Shown: in pieces, positions 13,201 through 24,612 of the stretch | Numbering within the stretch: the first letter of the stretch is position 1 | Layout: every line of letters begins with the position of its first letter | Assembly (NCBI GenBank): GCA_002633005.1 | Contig: NMRA01000075.1 | Coordinates: 361,950-425,949 of the forward strand | Length of the DNA: 64,000 nt | Reading direction: 5' to 3' | Source of the DNA: Phoronis australis | Lineage: Eukaryota; Animalia; Phoronida | Made by a program: the position numbers and the translations under genes | The notes under the pieces: generated by a model | The model's database searches: none | Told to the model about the DNA's origin: nothing | The model's input: the letters and a program-made list of their open reading frames with translations, nothing else

Positions 13201-14279
13201 GTTGTAATGCAAAACCCTGGTACCGTGACCAGGAGCAGCTTTTTAAAAAGGTTTGAAGACTTGAAGGATAACCCATACCTATTCGCGTCTCTAAATTGAC
13301 TTGGTGTTTAAAGCAATGACGTCACGATGTAGGGTGATTCCAAACAAAAAAATAAATAAAAAGAAGCGTGGCTTCCGGATTGAGCTTTTCCTGGATTACA
13401 ATTGCATATCATTTGTTTGCTCAATAATGTCTTTAACACAAAGCATAACTGGTAACTGACGAAACCGTGTCCCACAACACTCCACAAACAGCACAACACC
13501 CAACACGCTTCATAACAGCCTACGAAGTTCACAGTGACTACAAAACAGTAAAACTCTCTACAACACCCTTCACAAACTCCACAACACCCCAGAATCCATC
13601 CACAGAACACTTCACCCAGATTATAACAACACTACAAAACCCACAGCACAACGGAAACAGATGTTGCCGACGCTATTCTCTATCCCAGTAGGTTCGCCGT
13701 TAGGCCCAACGTTCTCAGAATTTCACATGTCAGAAGCTGAGCATATCGGCAAAATTCCCATTTATGTCCGCTACGTCACCTTGTCATGACACACAACCCC
13801 AGTGGCCACATGTAATGTTTACCAATTCAGATGTCCTATGAACGAATGTGTTCTTTCTCAATCTCGTGTGAAGCGTTACATTGGACACACGCTGTGTTCT
13901 CTCTTGCGGCGGTTGTCCATGCACTTGCTGGAGGGTCGATTCAAGATCATTTTGTACACTAACATGGCCGAAAAATAATTAGCAATAAATAGTAGACAAT
14001 ATCATAATTCATTATTTTGAAAATGACACATTTCGGCTAAAGATTTTGGAATCGCTATTGATCATTCACGAAAAACCTGTGTTGAATGAACAGCTCACAC
14101 GTGTGTACCGCACGCTGGCTCTGATTCGATAGGCTAGTGGGCTTCCTACCGTGTGTTGCATTCACACTCTCTGCTTGTATGGCCCTCTTCACGCTACCAC
14201 GTGTATTTCACTGTTTATTTCGTTATGACTTTTTAAAACTGTCCTGGAGAATAGGTTCGTCATTGGTCTCTAGAGGCAC

Positions 14280-14720
14280 TGTAGTATAAGATGATTACTT
14301 ACTTAGAGACGTGGTAGGTTGTTTGCAGACGTTTCGACCTGGTCCACCAGGTCTTTGTCAATGAATGAGGGATTTCCCGCTTTTCGCAGGTTAAGAACAT
14401 CAGAAACTAGGTAGACCAACAGCTGTTGCAACCAACAGATATTGGCGACTGGGCATTCCATCTCTGTTGCGTCATCCAGAATCCTATCCAAAGAACAACA
14501 CTGGTATGCACGCAAGCTAAAAGAGTAAATAAACATCAACATTCAGCGCCCCCCCCTTGAACCGGGACCGAGGCCTCTAATTACCTCTCATGTATTCAAA
14601 CATTCTTAAGCAGCGAAAGTAGAGAAATACCTCAGTCATTGACAAAGACCTGGTGGACCAGGTCGAAACGTCTGCAAACAACCTACCACGTCTCTAAGTA
14701 AGTGATCATCTTATACTACA
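14280..14720 (+). mobile_element. Penelope-like element 3' fragment (GIY-YIG endonuclease C-terminus) between inverted pseudo-LTR copies
   Basis: About 105-bp inverted repeat 14280-14387/14613-14720; internal broken frame EHQKLGRPTAVA..TGHSISVASSRILSKEQHWYARKLKE*ININIQRPPLNRDRGL*LPLMYSNIL. Confidence 0.85.
14639..14672 (+). ncRNA. Minimal hammerhead ribozyme-like motif (U3-A8 core variant); identical antisense copy at 14328-14361
   Basis: TTGACAA-A-GACCTGG-tgga-CCAGGTC-GAAA-CG-TC: core, perfect 7-bp stem II, collapsed stem III; stem I weak. Confidence 0.6.
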
Positions 14721-14809
14721 ATTTCTAAAACTGCTCTTAGGAGGCTTCGTGTTACAACTATTATGAAAACCTCTTGGTCTATTTACACCGACCTCTTGTC
14801 TGTTTACAT

Positions 14810-14855
14810 TTTCACGGCATTTCGGTCGGTCTATTCTCCGGCCATCATCAGGTGT
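14810..14855 (-). ncRNA. Degenerate hammerhead ribozyme-like motif
   Basis: Minus strand reads CAC-CTGATGA-T-GGCCGG-agaataga-CCGACC-GAAA-TGCC-GTG; the cleavage triplet is degraded. Confidence 0.45.
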
Positions 14856-15018
14856 TCTTGCGTTCTTAGAAGAACGAGCACGGATATGTGGTTCACTCAT
14901 CATGTTTGATGTTTTGATTATATATTGTCCGAGGAACCACTACACCACGGACTCATCCATATATAATAAGAAAATCACACCATGGTGATTTTACTAGATA
15001 TGTGTTCATTCTACTCAT

Positions 15019-15056
15019 TGCCTGATGATGTGACATGCAGTTACGAAATTTAACTA
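15019..15056 (+). ncRNA. Hammerhead ribozyme-like motif upstream of a PLE-like ORF start
   Basis: CTGATGA-T-GTGAC-atgca-GTTAC-GAAA-TT-TA; followed at ~15105-15230 by EKRRLFQNNERSSIKLANIKSCRVFMIHCNRGSTFP, which resembles PLE ORF N-termini. Confidence 0.45.
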
Positions 15057-15934
15057 GTGTTTTCTTTTGTTTGTTTTTTGTTTGTTATGTCTCTCGGTAT
15101 TTTATTTCATACCTGCACACCTGAAAAAAGGAGACTGTTCCAAAATAACGAGCGTTCTAGTATCAAACTGGCTAACATAAAGTCTTGTCGTGTTTTTATG
15201 ATACATTGTAACAGGGGAAGTACTTTTCCCTGTGTGATTATATATTTTCACCTTTGCTGGTGCTCTGCACTGGATAACAGCATTGTTCAGATTTTCCAGT
15301 TTTTCAATGAGAAATGCTTGCAGGCGCAGTTGTACTCTGATCCCGTTTTGCTCACTGCCGTCACATGTCCTGGCTTTCCATGGCCAGTCAGGGGACTTTG
15401 GAATCCGCCACCGTATGAAAGCCCACTGATTCACTGCATAACTTTATGTTTCCAATTGTTGGTTGACAATTAATTTTCATCGACGGTACAGTTGGGCCTG
15501 ATGCCAATCAACTTATTCTGCCCACGGCCATCATGTAGTGAGTTCGCGCCTTAGTTTGGGAACATTGTGTCAGTAATGTCCTCGTTTTCTCATATTGCAC
15601 TTTACCGGCTTGCGTGCACTAGCACTCACTGACATATAAATAGTTACAGGCGTCACCTGTTTCCGTTCTATTACGGCTTTTCTGGGGGTGTTGTGGCTTC
15701 TCTAGGGTTGTTGTGAGTGTTGGAGTTGTTGTGGCTTTTGTGAGGTTGTGAATTCCTGATGGTGTGGGGAGTTTGTTTGGGGGTTGTGGTAAGTGTGGGG
15801 TGTTGTGAAGTTTGAAGTTTGTTTTGGTATATGTGGGGTGTTAAAGTATTTGCAGGGTGTCGTGCTACTTATATACGCTTTCATATTTAACCCTGTGTTA
15901 ACATTTACAACTGCCCATGTATCTACATTTTCAG

Positions 15935-16186
15935 AACTCGGTGCAGCTACTATTGTCAAAGTGCTTCCAAGTGAGACAAAAATTGACGTCAGTTGGACTG
16001 CAGCAGCTGGAGACAAAGACAGCTACGATGTGTCTTGCGGCAATCATAACTTCAATGCGGATAAGACTGCTACCAAGAAACGTTGTACTGGCTTGACTCC
16101 TGGAACTGACTACGTCGTTACTGTAAGAACAGTCAAGGCAGGATGGGCTGACGCAGTTTCAGCATCGACGACAGTTCAGACGATAT
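15935..16186 (+). CDS. FN3-domain exon 5 (phase 1-1, 252 nt)
   Basis: ttttcag| ... |gtgagt; LGAATIVKVLPSETKIDVSWTAAAGDKDSYDVSCGNHNFNADKTATKKRCTGLTPGTDYVVTVRTVKAGWADAVSASTTVQTI. Confidence 0.9.
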
Positions 16187-16361
16187 GTGAGTATTGTTAA
16201 TGTTCTTGTCTATAGGCGCCAAGTGCTCTGCGTAACATTACGCAATTTACTGGAAAGCACTTAATACACATGCATGCTCAGTTGAATCAAAACATTGAAG
16301 TTTCTCTAATTATCTGAGTATTCATTCTTCCTAACAAATGACTTCAGCGCAAAAATAATAA

Positions 16362-16810
16362 TTCTTTTCGTCAGTGCGAAACCCTTTATACACACCAACG
16401 CTTGGCCTTCCAACAAACTTTGCATATATGAGAATTTTCTCACCTCCGGCAAACTTGGGTTCTGGTGAACATTAGTCTCAAACTTGTAATAAAATGTCTG
16501 CCATTCTTTGAGGTTATCGCTGAACGTCGGTATCTATAACTTTGGTAACGCAACTTTATCTAAATTGTCACCTGTTGACCTCGACATGCTGTGTTCACTG
16601 TGGGCGTTGCCATTTTGACCTTGAACCAGATTCAGACACTGTATGGCTTCCAGCTTACATTGGAAAGTAACTTTTCGATAAGCCCCCAGCAAATCCATTT
16701 CGACCTCAAAATGTTCTTCATCGACATGTTCGATATATTTCTCCACACATTCGTCATAATTTAGCAGTCTTTTATCAAATTCACAAAAAATTTCAAGATT
16801 GATTTCACCT
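16362..16810 (-). mobile_element. Bel/Pao LTR-retrotransposon gag remnant (DUF1759-like)
   Basis: DKVALPKL*IPTFSDNLKEWQTFYYKFETNVHQNPSLPEVRKFSYMQSLLEGQALVCIKGFRTDEKNY with one in-frame stop. Confidence 0.85.
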
Positions 16811-17566
16811 ACAGGGACCTAGGACACAATTCAACGAGGTTGATTACTGGCTCGAGTAAGCCAGCACTTGCTTACCCTTTACAAATGTCCATTTCCCGGA
16901 TTCTGGCACCAATGTGGCGGACCAAAGTTGCAAACCATAACCAGAAGTTCTTGACACATCTAATGCTTTATTCATAAGTAAAATATTATATAGGTGCTCA
17001 GGTATGTGTTTGCATACCTGAATAGATGAGTTCAAACACAATGCTCAGGCTAAGTTACACAGATAAAGGAAGAGTGGTCTTGAACAGTGGAACGATACTC
17101 TGGAAAGAGTGCAGTCATTTACACCAAGAAGGAGAAGACGTAGAAGAATTTTTGTGATGCAAAGGATAGCTAGACGAGGACTGAAGATATTGGTCCGTTT
17201 GTGTCTGTTACCTGTAGGTCTGGACTCTGATGGAACCTCTTTCAAAACGTGTACATATAAATCCAAGAAAGTCACGATTCTGTCCGTAGTCACCAGTATT
17301 GATAACGGTATTGAATTTACTATGGAGCTATTTCTTGGCAATGGTTAAAATTAATGTCACGATCTAGAGGAAACTGACTCGCACGGGTCAAATTTTCGTC
17401 TAACCAAGCCCTGCAGCACACGTTCTTTTTTCATTTTTGTGTGGATAAACTTCAACGTTATGTCACGGTCCTTTACAAAAATTAGGGAAAATCCATCCGA
17501 GCTCACGGCCCGAATCACTTCGTTCTACTTGATCTATGTTCAGATTGAGTCAAGCTTGTGGAAACT

Positions 17567-17737
17567 GGTTCGAGGGGGTTGTGGGAGGTGGGTTGTGGGT
17601 CGAGGGAGTTGTGGGTCCATTGGGTGTGGGTCGAGAGGGCTTGTAGGTCGAGATGCAGTGTGAGTCGAGAGGGCTTGTGGGTCGAAAGGGGTTGTGGGTC
17701 GAGAGGGGTTGTGGGTCGACAGGGGTCGTGGGGTGTA
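17567..17737. repeat. Degenerate GGTTGTGGGTCGAG minisatellite; related copy at 9490-9570
   Basis: Repeated gggttgtgggtcgag(a)g units at both sites. Confidence 0.7.
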
Positions 17738-19886
17738 AGATTCGAGTGTGTCATGCAGCCAAGTCTGTTACCTTTTTACAACATTCATGCACCGGATTTT
17801 GACAACGTTACCCAAGCTTCGAAATTCGTCTTGTTGGTAATTAGTCATTGCACTGTTAGCCCTGTATCCTGGATGTGTCTAAACATTTACGGCACTCATT
17901 CAGATTGGTTAAACAATCTCTCCTTTTGGCACACGACGAAGTACGTACGTAGGTGAGAAGACAATTCATTCTGTCATTCATTAAAAGGTGGTGCACGATA
18001 AATAAAACACATTTTTTAGAATATTAGAGAGTAAACTTTGGACGAAAAAGATTTTTAAAGTACTTTCTGTAGAAACTTCAACGAATGCGCCCGTACATGT
18101 AACTCGTGGTCACGATCTGAAGCAATCATGCCAGAGCTAGAGGTCCAGTCTTCTCAAATCAAATCCAAGATACTTTTTGACATTTTCTATTCTACTTTAT
18201 TGCGAACTCAGGGAATGTTTTTATTATACTGTAATTAAGTATATTTTGCTTTACCTTGATGTTTGTAAAGCCCTATTATTTCGCTTTCGAGTACAGCGAT
18301 TAGCCCTGACATTTGGTCTCTTTTCACTCTAGAGCAATGAATGCTTAAAAAACCAGCTCAACTTTAATACAAAGGCTAATGACATTCAGATGCCAAAAGC
18401 TGAATTTTGTATACGTTTGCAGATGTCCATACAGTGTTTATATTTTAAAGTAAGCTATGGGCCGTTGATTCGTATGCTCAATAAAATTAAACTTCAATCA
18501 ACTCGTCACGCGCGAGCCATGAAAGTGCAGTGCAGACGTAGAGCACAACGCACGTTATTATCGGCTTACAGGAATCCGACTGCGAATGACCAGCGCTAGG
18601 TAACGTTAGTCCAATGGTAATATTAGTGAAGCAAAATATCAGTTCGTCATAAGCATATGAAGTGATACATTTCAACGTATCACATGCATAAATTCTCAGA
18701 ATTGTGGAAAACCATTGAAAGTTATGGAGTTACTGAAAATTTAGACTCATCATTTCCCTTTTTCAGCCAACGGGCCAACGACAATTTCATAGCAAATTTT
18801 GTTACCCTATGTACAAAAAATGGGCCACATCATGTTGAAACTTTAAAACTACATTGTAGCATTACTTATGGTATCAAGGTAACAATACCCGTAGGTGACG
18901 AATCGCTTCTTGCAGGATTTGGAGCCAAGTGACACAGCCCATTTTTATTTACATGTTCAAGTACTGTGAAGCCCGTCAGTTGCAATTTCAGTTTTTGCTG
19001 TGTCTACTCTATGTTCTACCAAGCTCCTCGATGCATTTCCAAAATTGTGTGAAGCGATCTTGTTACGGAGAGCACGGTTGCCAATTATTTTCTCATAATT
19101 ACGACTATTATGAGCTCACCAAATTGTAATCCCAGCTTTGTTTGCGCCAGCCACACTATCTAACAAATTCTTGAGCACATCTCTTTTTTAGTGTCCCACA
19201 AATGGGACGCTGGGCAGAAATGGGTTAAGAGCATGTTGGGGAGAGAACAGTTGTCGACGGTTTTCCGGACATATCCAATTGCTTTGGCGATCTCTCTTCT
19301 TACTTATGTTTTTTTTTCAATCTTCAACTGTATCACGTGTTGCGTCTACTTGTTTATCATCACAGTTTGTGCATGGATATATATAAGATTTGGCAACTTG
19401 GTCCTGTGGAGGACTGAACGACGATCGCTTGATTTTCCGTTGCTTAGTTGAATGATGTGCGTCCTCGGGGTAATTTGTTTTTGTACAACCCCGTCTCTAC
19501 TAATGTAACCATGTAAAATATTTATGTAGCTTACATTCAGGTTGTATGTTTTCATTAGGGATGTAAAACCTGTCGATGTTGTGAAAATGTGTATAGCGCT
19601 GTACATATCCCGTTGCGGCAGTTGATGTATTTGTCTTCCATTTTTCTCTGCAAAAATGCTGAATTGTCTTTGTGAAGTTTTGCTCCTTACAAATGTGACG
19701 TACCTGTAAATTTCAGCAAAGTGACACCAGTGACGTGCTTTATTGTGGAAACTCCGATTCTTTGACTTCATCTTTGCCATAGACCAAGCTGATTGGTAGA
19801 ATGCCACGAAATTCACTTTTAGATGACTTTGTTTTGTGTCCTCACTTGGAGACTATTTCAAGTATAATAGTATTGTTTTCGTAATC

Positions 19887-19889
<3 letters not shown>

Positions 19890-19977
<88 letters not shown>

Positions 19978-20002
19978 GTGTATATATATATATATATATA
20001 TA
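19890..20002. repeat. (TA)n microsatellite with TG interruptions
   Basis: Directly visible. Confidence 0.97.
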
Positions 20003-20138
20003 ATCCGAGTAGTCATCCTTAAGGTTAATATCTATGCTGTACATGTACGTAATGTACACACTGAGAGCATAGCAACGCTCAATATTGGCTGAAATTCTTC
20101 GTTAATCCTTCGTATTTTCACATTTTTGTCCATCTCAG

Positions 20139-20396
20139 CCGGTCGTGCACCAGGTGGCGCTACAATTACCAGTGTCGTTGGAGGTGAGAGAACAATTGAC
20201 GTTACTTGGACTGCAGCGGCTGGACCTAAAGACAGGTACAAAATTTCATGCGGCATGTATTTTTTCATTGCTGACAAAGTTGCTACCAGCGGACGTTGTA
20301 ATGAATTGACTCCTGGAACTGAGTACGTCGTCACCATAAGAACAATCAAGGCAGGATGGCCTGACGCAGTTTCAACATCGAGGACAGCTAAAACGA
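20139..20396 (+). CDS. FN3-domain exon 6 (phase 1-1, 258 nt; alternative in-frame acceptor possible at 20154)
   Basis: tctcag| ... |gtgagt; GRAPGGATITSVVGGERTIDVTWTAAAGPKDRYKISCGMYFFIADKVATSGRCNELTPGTEYVVTIRTIKAGWPDAVSTSRTAKT. Confidence 0.9.
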
Positions 20397-20399
20397 GTG

Positions 20400-23300
20400 A
20401 GTGTTTGTTGGAATATGTCTCTTTCAGTAAGCACCTTTACTACGCTCAATACTGTTGAGACACCGGCTTAATGAAATAGAAACATTACAATTCTCCCAAT
20501 GATCCGATTTTTGACCAGCAATAACTTCTGCGCCAATAGAGAGGTTTCAAATGTGACGTGAACGTGGTCGACCAGGCATATATCCGAAATCATCAAAGTT
20601 ACCATATGGAAGTTGAACCGAAGAGCTGCAAATGGATCTGGCAACTTAGTTGTTTAAGGATATGCTATAACCAATTTATTGTTGCAAACATATACAAAAC
20701 ACATGAGAACGGTTAACCATGTGGAAGTTGGAATGCAAAATCCCAGTACCCTGATCTGGAACAGCGTTCTAAAATGGACACCCATACCCACTGGTGCACA
20801 TTTCTCTTGAACGTGCTACGATTGCTGTTTTTACCCAAGCGGTCATGGTCTAAGCTGATTTCGTCACTCCTGGCAATGGCATTTGTCCTCGATGATTTTA
20901 CGTCATTGCTACAAGGAAAAATACCAACGATTAAGTAACTTAAAATCAGTTATAGAAGTGAAAACTGTTTGTATGGCGACAATCTATAACCGAGGTCAGA
21001 GGAATAGGAGGCACATTTGTGTAATGCTTGATTGTTGCCCAGTAAAGCTGGGTCTCCCAATCGGGAGTCCGGAGCTCAAAGCAAGGCAATGGTGAGGCAT
21101 TTGCTCCAAAATAGCCTGCTTAGTGTGTTAAAAACAAAGATTTTTCTTCCATTCTTGCCAAATAGTAAGGTTTCAACTTTCTTTGAAAGCACGTCATGAA
21201 GTTGTTACTCTGTTGTGTGAAAATTGCATGAATTGTGTCTCTACTGAAGAAATTAGGGATCGATTTAGCGACTCGCAAATGTGACCTCAGACTTCCACTT
21301 GCAAGATGAGAAATGTCCCAAGTCGCCTCCAGGCCTACATTCAAGAACTGCACTCAAGATGTAAAGTGACAGTATTACGAATCGTTCAGTAAAAACATGT
21401 AGGGCCTTTCCAGGACTCGTTCACAGACAGCATATGCCAATGGTGAGCTTTTTGTTTGTAAGGAAGTGATTCTGTACGGATATCGGTACCGAGGGCAAAG
21501 TTAGCCTTACCTAGCACGATGTACCGTAATTGTGGTGGGAGCTATCTATACTGGGCTCCGCTAATCGTCCGCCTTCGCACAGGCTCCCTATTTTTGGCTT
21601 TCCTGCCCGAATGTGACCCAAAGTCAAAGCCCCTATGATAGTACATTTACGGTCAGTCTTGCCCAAGTGCAGCAAAACTGAAGGTCCCTTATTTTACAAC
21701 TATGTATGCTGTGCATAGCATCTTGATTGCAATTTTAGTGGTTTCAGTTGGAAATATCCATGCATGATGTCAACCAAAACTCTATTAGGGCCTTCTGGAG
21801 TCATCAGGTCTTGGGACCCGTACTTTATAAATGATAGTGTGCTTAGAAATCCTGTGCCAATGTCTAGTTCCAAGAAATTCATATTTTGAAACGTGTAATA
21901 ATGAACTCGTTATAAGGAATTTCGTGTTTTCCTCCTGAAAAATAAAAAACAACCTTCTAGAGGGTAGTATTCGGTGGTGCCATTTTGTAATCAAGTCACT
22001 AAACAGTCTTTCAACCAATGACAACCGTGCAATTATTGCAATGAATTTATTGATTGGGATCTTTTTCATTGTTCTCGCTTATAGCTGGTGGAGCTTCTTC
22101 ACTTACAAACGTTCATTCATCCGTCTCGTGGTGGGGGATTGTCTTTGTACCCTCTTGTGGCGGTCAATTTATTCAGCAGCTCACATGATAGTACCAAGTA
22201 CAGACAAAATACGGTTTCTCAGTCATGACGGCTGTCTTTGCTAACATCAATTATCAGTAGTAAAAGTTATAAGGGTTGTAAAATGTTTAATGGCTCACGC
22301 AGCTTTCTAACTTTTCTGTCGACTTGATTTAGGTATCGGTCACATTGAAAAACCCTTCACGTGCCCAGAATTATACGGTGACATTTCGGCCTACCTCAAA
22401 ATACATCTTCTCCCCCTTCGTTTGGTCATTGGCCCATTTATGTTGCACACTCATCAGAATTAACAAGGAAAATATTGGGACGTTAAACAAACGATTTACA
22501 TATTGTAAAATTCACGTTTCTTGTCCAGTTTTTAAAATTCAAAAGCTAATCGCGTGAGCTTTTCACAAAGTAGTCAAGTATGCTACCTGTATATGGAAAA
22601 TTTCATACAAAAATATTGTCGCACCCAATGTGTTAATGATGGGTCTCATTATCTAGAGAATGATAACCTCAGCAGCTCGAGGTGATTTAAGTTAGCATAA
22701 CAGCATGGTGCCTTTAATCTTAAGCAGCAACTTCTGAGGTGTGGAAACCATATCTCGACCGGTTAGGGTGTTAACGTAGGATTCTTTGCATGCTTAAGAT
22801 TAATTTTGTTTCCGCCTAGCCGTCTGAAGCGGCCTCCCGCATTGTATGCTTTTTGACAATATCAACCTCGCCAATAATGGTGAAGAAAAAATAAAAATCA
22901 GTAAAGAAATCACGTGCATCAGCACATCTGGGTCTTTTGTACTGAGGTTGAGGACACCTTTGCATTGTTATGATATAATTTTCTCGCTCAAAGAAACAAC
23001 CTATATTGCAACAAAAACTACAATCATACATTTACATGCACTGATGTATTCTCCAACTATAATTCTGTTTTTGCATTATCATTTATAATCATCGCTGTAC
23101 AATATACTAATACTAATTACATATAAATTCTAAGTAATCATGAAAATTAAGTGATCCTTTAAACTAGGAGTAAAACTAATCCAGAAGAGAAATAATGCTA
23201 GCCGATATGCTACGATTGCCGGCCCGGCTGCGTAAAACATATGGTTTTTTCACGCAGTTCCTTGACTTTACAACTTAATTCTTTACAATGAAGAGACTCC

Positions 23301-24360
23301 GTTAACCTGCTTCTATGCAAAAGGACTATTTTCTCCTTTGCCCGAAAAACTCGAGACCGAATGGGTTTGATGCCTAGTTTAGTCATAACCCTTCCGCAGC
23401 CACTAACGCGAAGTGTCATCTGCATCCAATATCGTCAAAAGTCCCCATTTCAAAATGAAAGTTGAACTTAAGACCTGCAAACTAGACAGTAAATATAGTT
23501 GTGCAGGTAATCTGCTAACTGACAAAACAGTGTGCCACATCACTCCACAAGAACCACATCATCCTATACTTTTCTCAACACCCTACAAACTTCTCAATGA
23601 CCACAACACTCTAAAACGCTCTACAACATTCTACACAATCGCCACGAACTCGAATTCTCATCTGCATCCCAAATAGTCAAATGTCCCCGTTTCAAAATGG
23701 GAGTTGAACTGTAGACCTGCAAACCAGACAGGAATTGTAGTTGTGCAGGTTATTGCGAGAAGCATTTAATTGCTGCAACCATATGGAAAACATAAGAGAA
23801 CGGTTAACCTGTAAAAGTTGTAATGCAAAATCCTGGTACCGTGATCAGGAACAGCTTTCTAAAGTATGCTCGAATACTGGGATGATAACCCATATCTATT
23901 CACGTCTCTAAACTGACGTGGATTTTAAATTAATTACTTCAAACTGCAGCGTGATTCCAATATGAAAAACAGCAAAAATCGTGACCACCGTTCTGAACTA
24001 TTTCTGGATTACGATCGCGTATCTTTTTTGCTCAATAGTATTCTTAACACAAAGCTAAACTGCTAACTGACAAAACAGTGTGCCACAACACTCCACAAAC
24101 ACCACAACACCCTAAAAACTTCACAACACCCTAAAAACTTCACAACACCCTAAAAACTTCACAACACCCTAAAAACTTCACAACACCCTACAAACTTCTC
24201 AATGACCACAACACTCTAAAACGCTCTACAACATTCTCCGCTATCGCCACAACACAGCACGTTCCCCAGATTCTGTCATCACCACCCCTACACAATTACA
24301 ACACTACGAAATCCACAACACAACGGAAACAGATGTCTCTGACGTTATTTTCCTTTTCAA
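20400..24360 (+). repeat. Intron sequence paralogous to the introns after FN3 exons 2 and 4
   Basis: Blocks 20580-21070~5275-5830; 21190-21480~4000-4320; 21830-22080~4600-4850~11130-11250; 22470-23020~11740-12330; 23250-23480~12370-12590; 23700-24350~13095-13680. Confidence 0.85.
24103..24197. repeat. 19-bp tandem repeat CACAACACCCTAAAAACTT x5
   Basis: Four identical copies plus one variant. Confidence 0.95.
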
Positions 24361-24508
24361 TAGGTGTCATTACGTGAATCACTTGAGAGATACGCACGTG
24401 GACGTGACGTAGGAATAATTATACCACAATATTAGCCTCGAATGGCAGATACAACCTGTAATAACCCATAAAGTTATCTCACTAGTGAAATAACATTTCG
24501 GCTGGAAA

Positions 24509-24579
24509 CCGAGGACGGATTCGAACCCGGGCCTCAACAGTTGCGAGTCGCCGACTTTACCACTACACCACTCAGCGGC
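24509..24579 (-). mobile_element. tRNA-derived SINE head or tRNA pseudogene
   Basis: GCCGCTGAGTGGTGTAGTGGTAAAGTCGGCGACTCGCAACTGTTGAGGCCCGGGTTCGAATCCGTCCTCGG: A box TGGTGTAGTGG, B box GGTTCGAATCC; anticodon and T stems imperfect. Confidence 0.65.
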
Positions 24580-24612
24580 TAACGTCATCGAACGTGAAAA
24601 TAGAATACTTAA

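Larger units (their letters stand above)
13467..15860. repeat. CA-rich/GT-rich inverted repeat pair (13467-13680 and 15650-15860); left arm recurs at 23525-23660 and 24075-24350
   Basis: acggaaacagatg versus cacctgtttccgt, plus cacaacacccc versus ggggtgttgtg arrays. Confidence 0.6.

Noticed and set aside
16811-17350. Possible Bel/Pao pol fragment on + next to the gag remnant
   Set aside because: The resemblance (LLPVGLDSDG) is too weak to call by eye.
19346-19816. 156-aa minus-strand ORF, possibly an integrase remnant
   Set aside because: No recognisable domain or splice support; catalytic motifs are not readable.
1856-20396. Specific gene name (PTPRB/PTPRJ/tenascin) for the FN3 gene
   Set aside because: No catalytic, transmembrane or other diagnostic exon is in the window.
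24509-24579. Functional tRNA gene
   Set aside because: Anticodon and T stems are mispaired; kept only as a SINE head or pseudogene.
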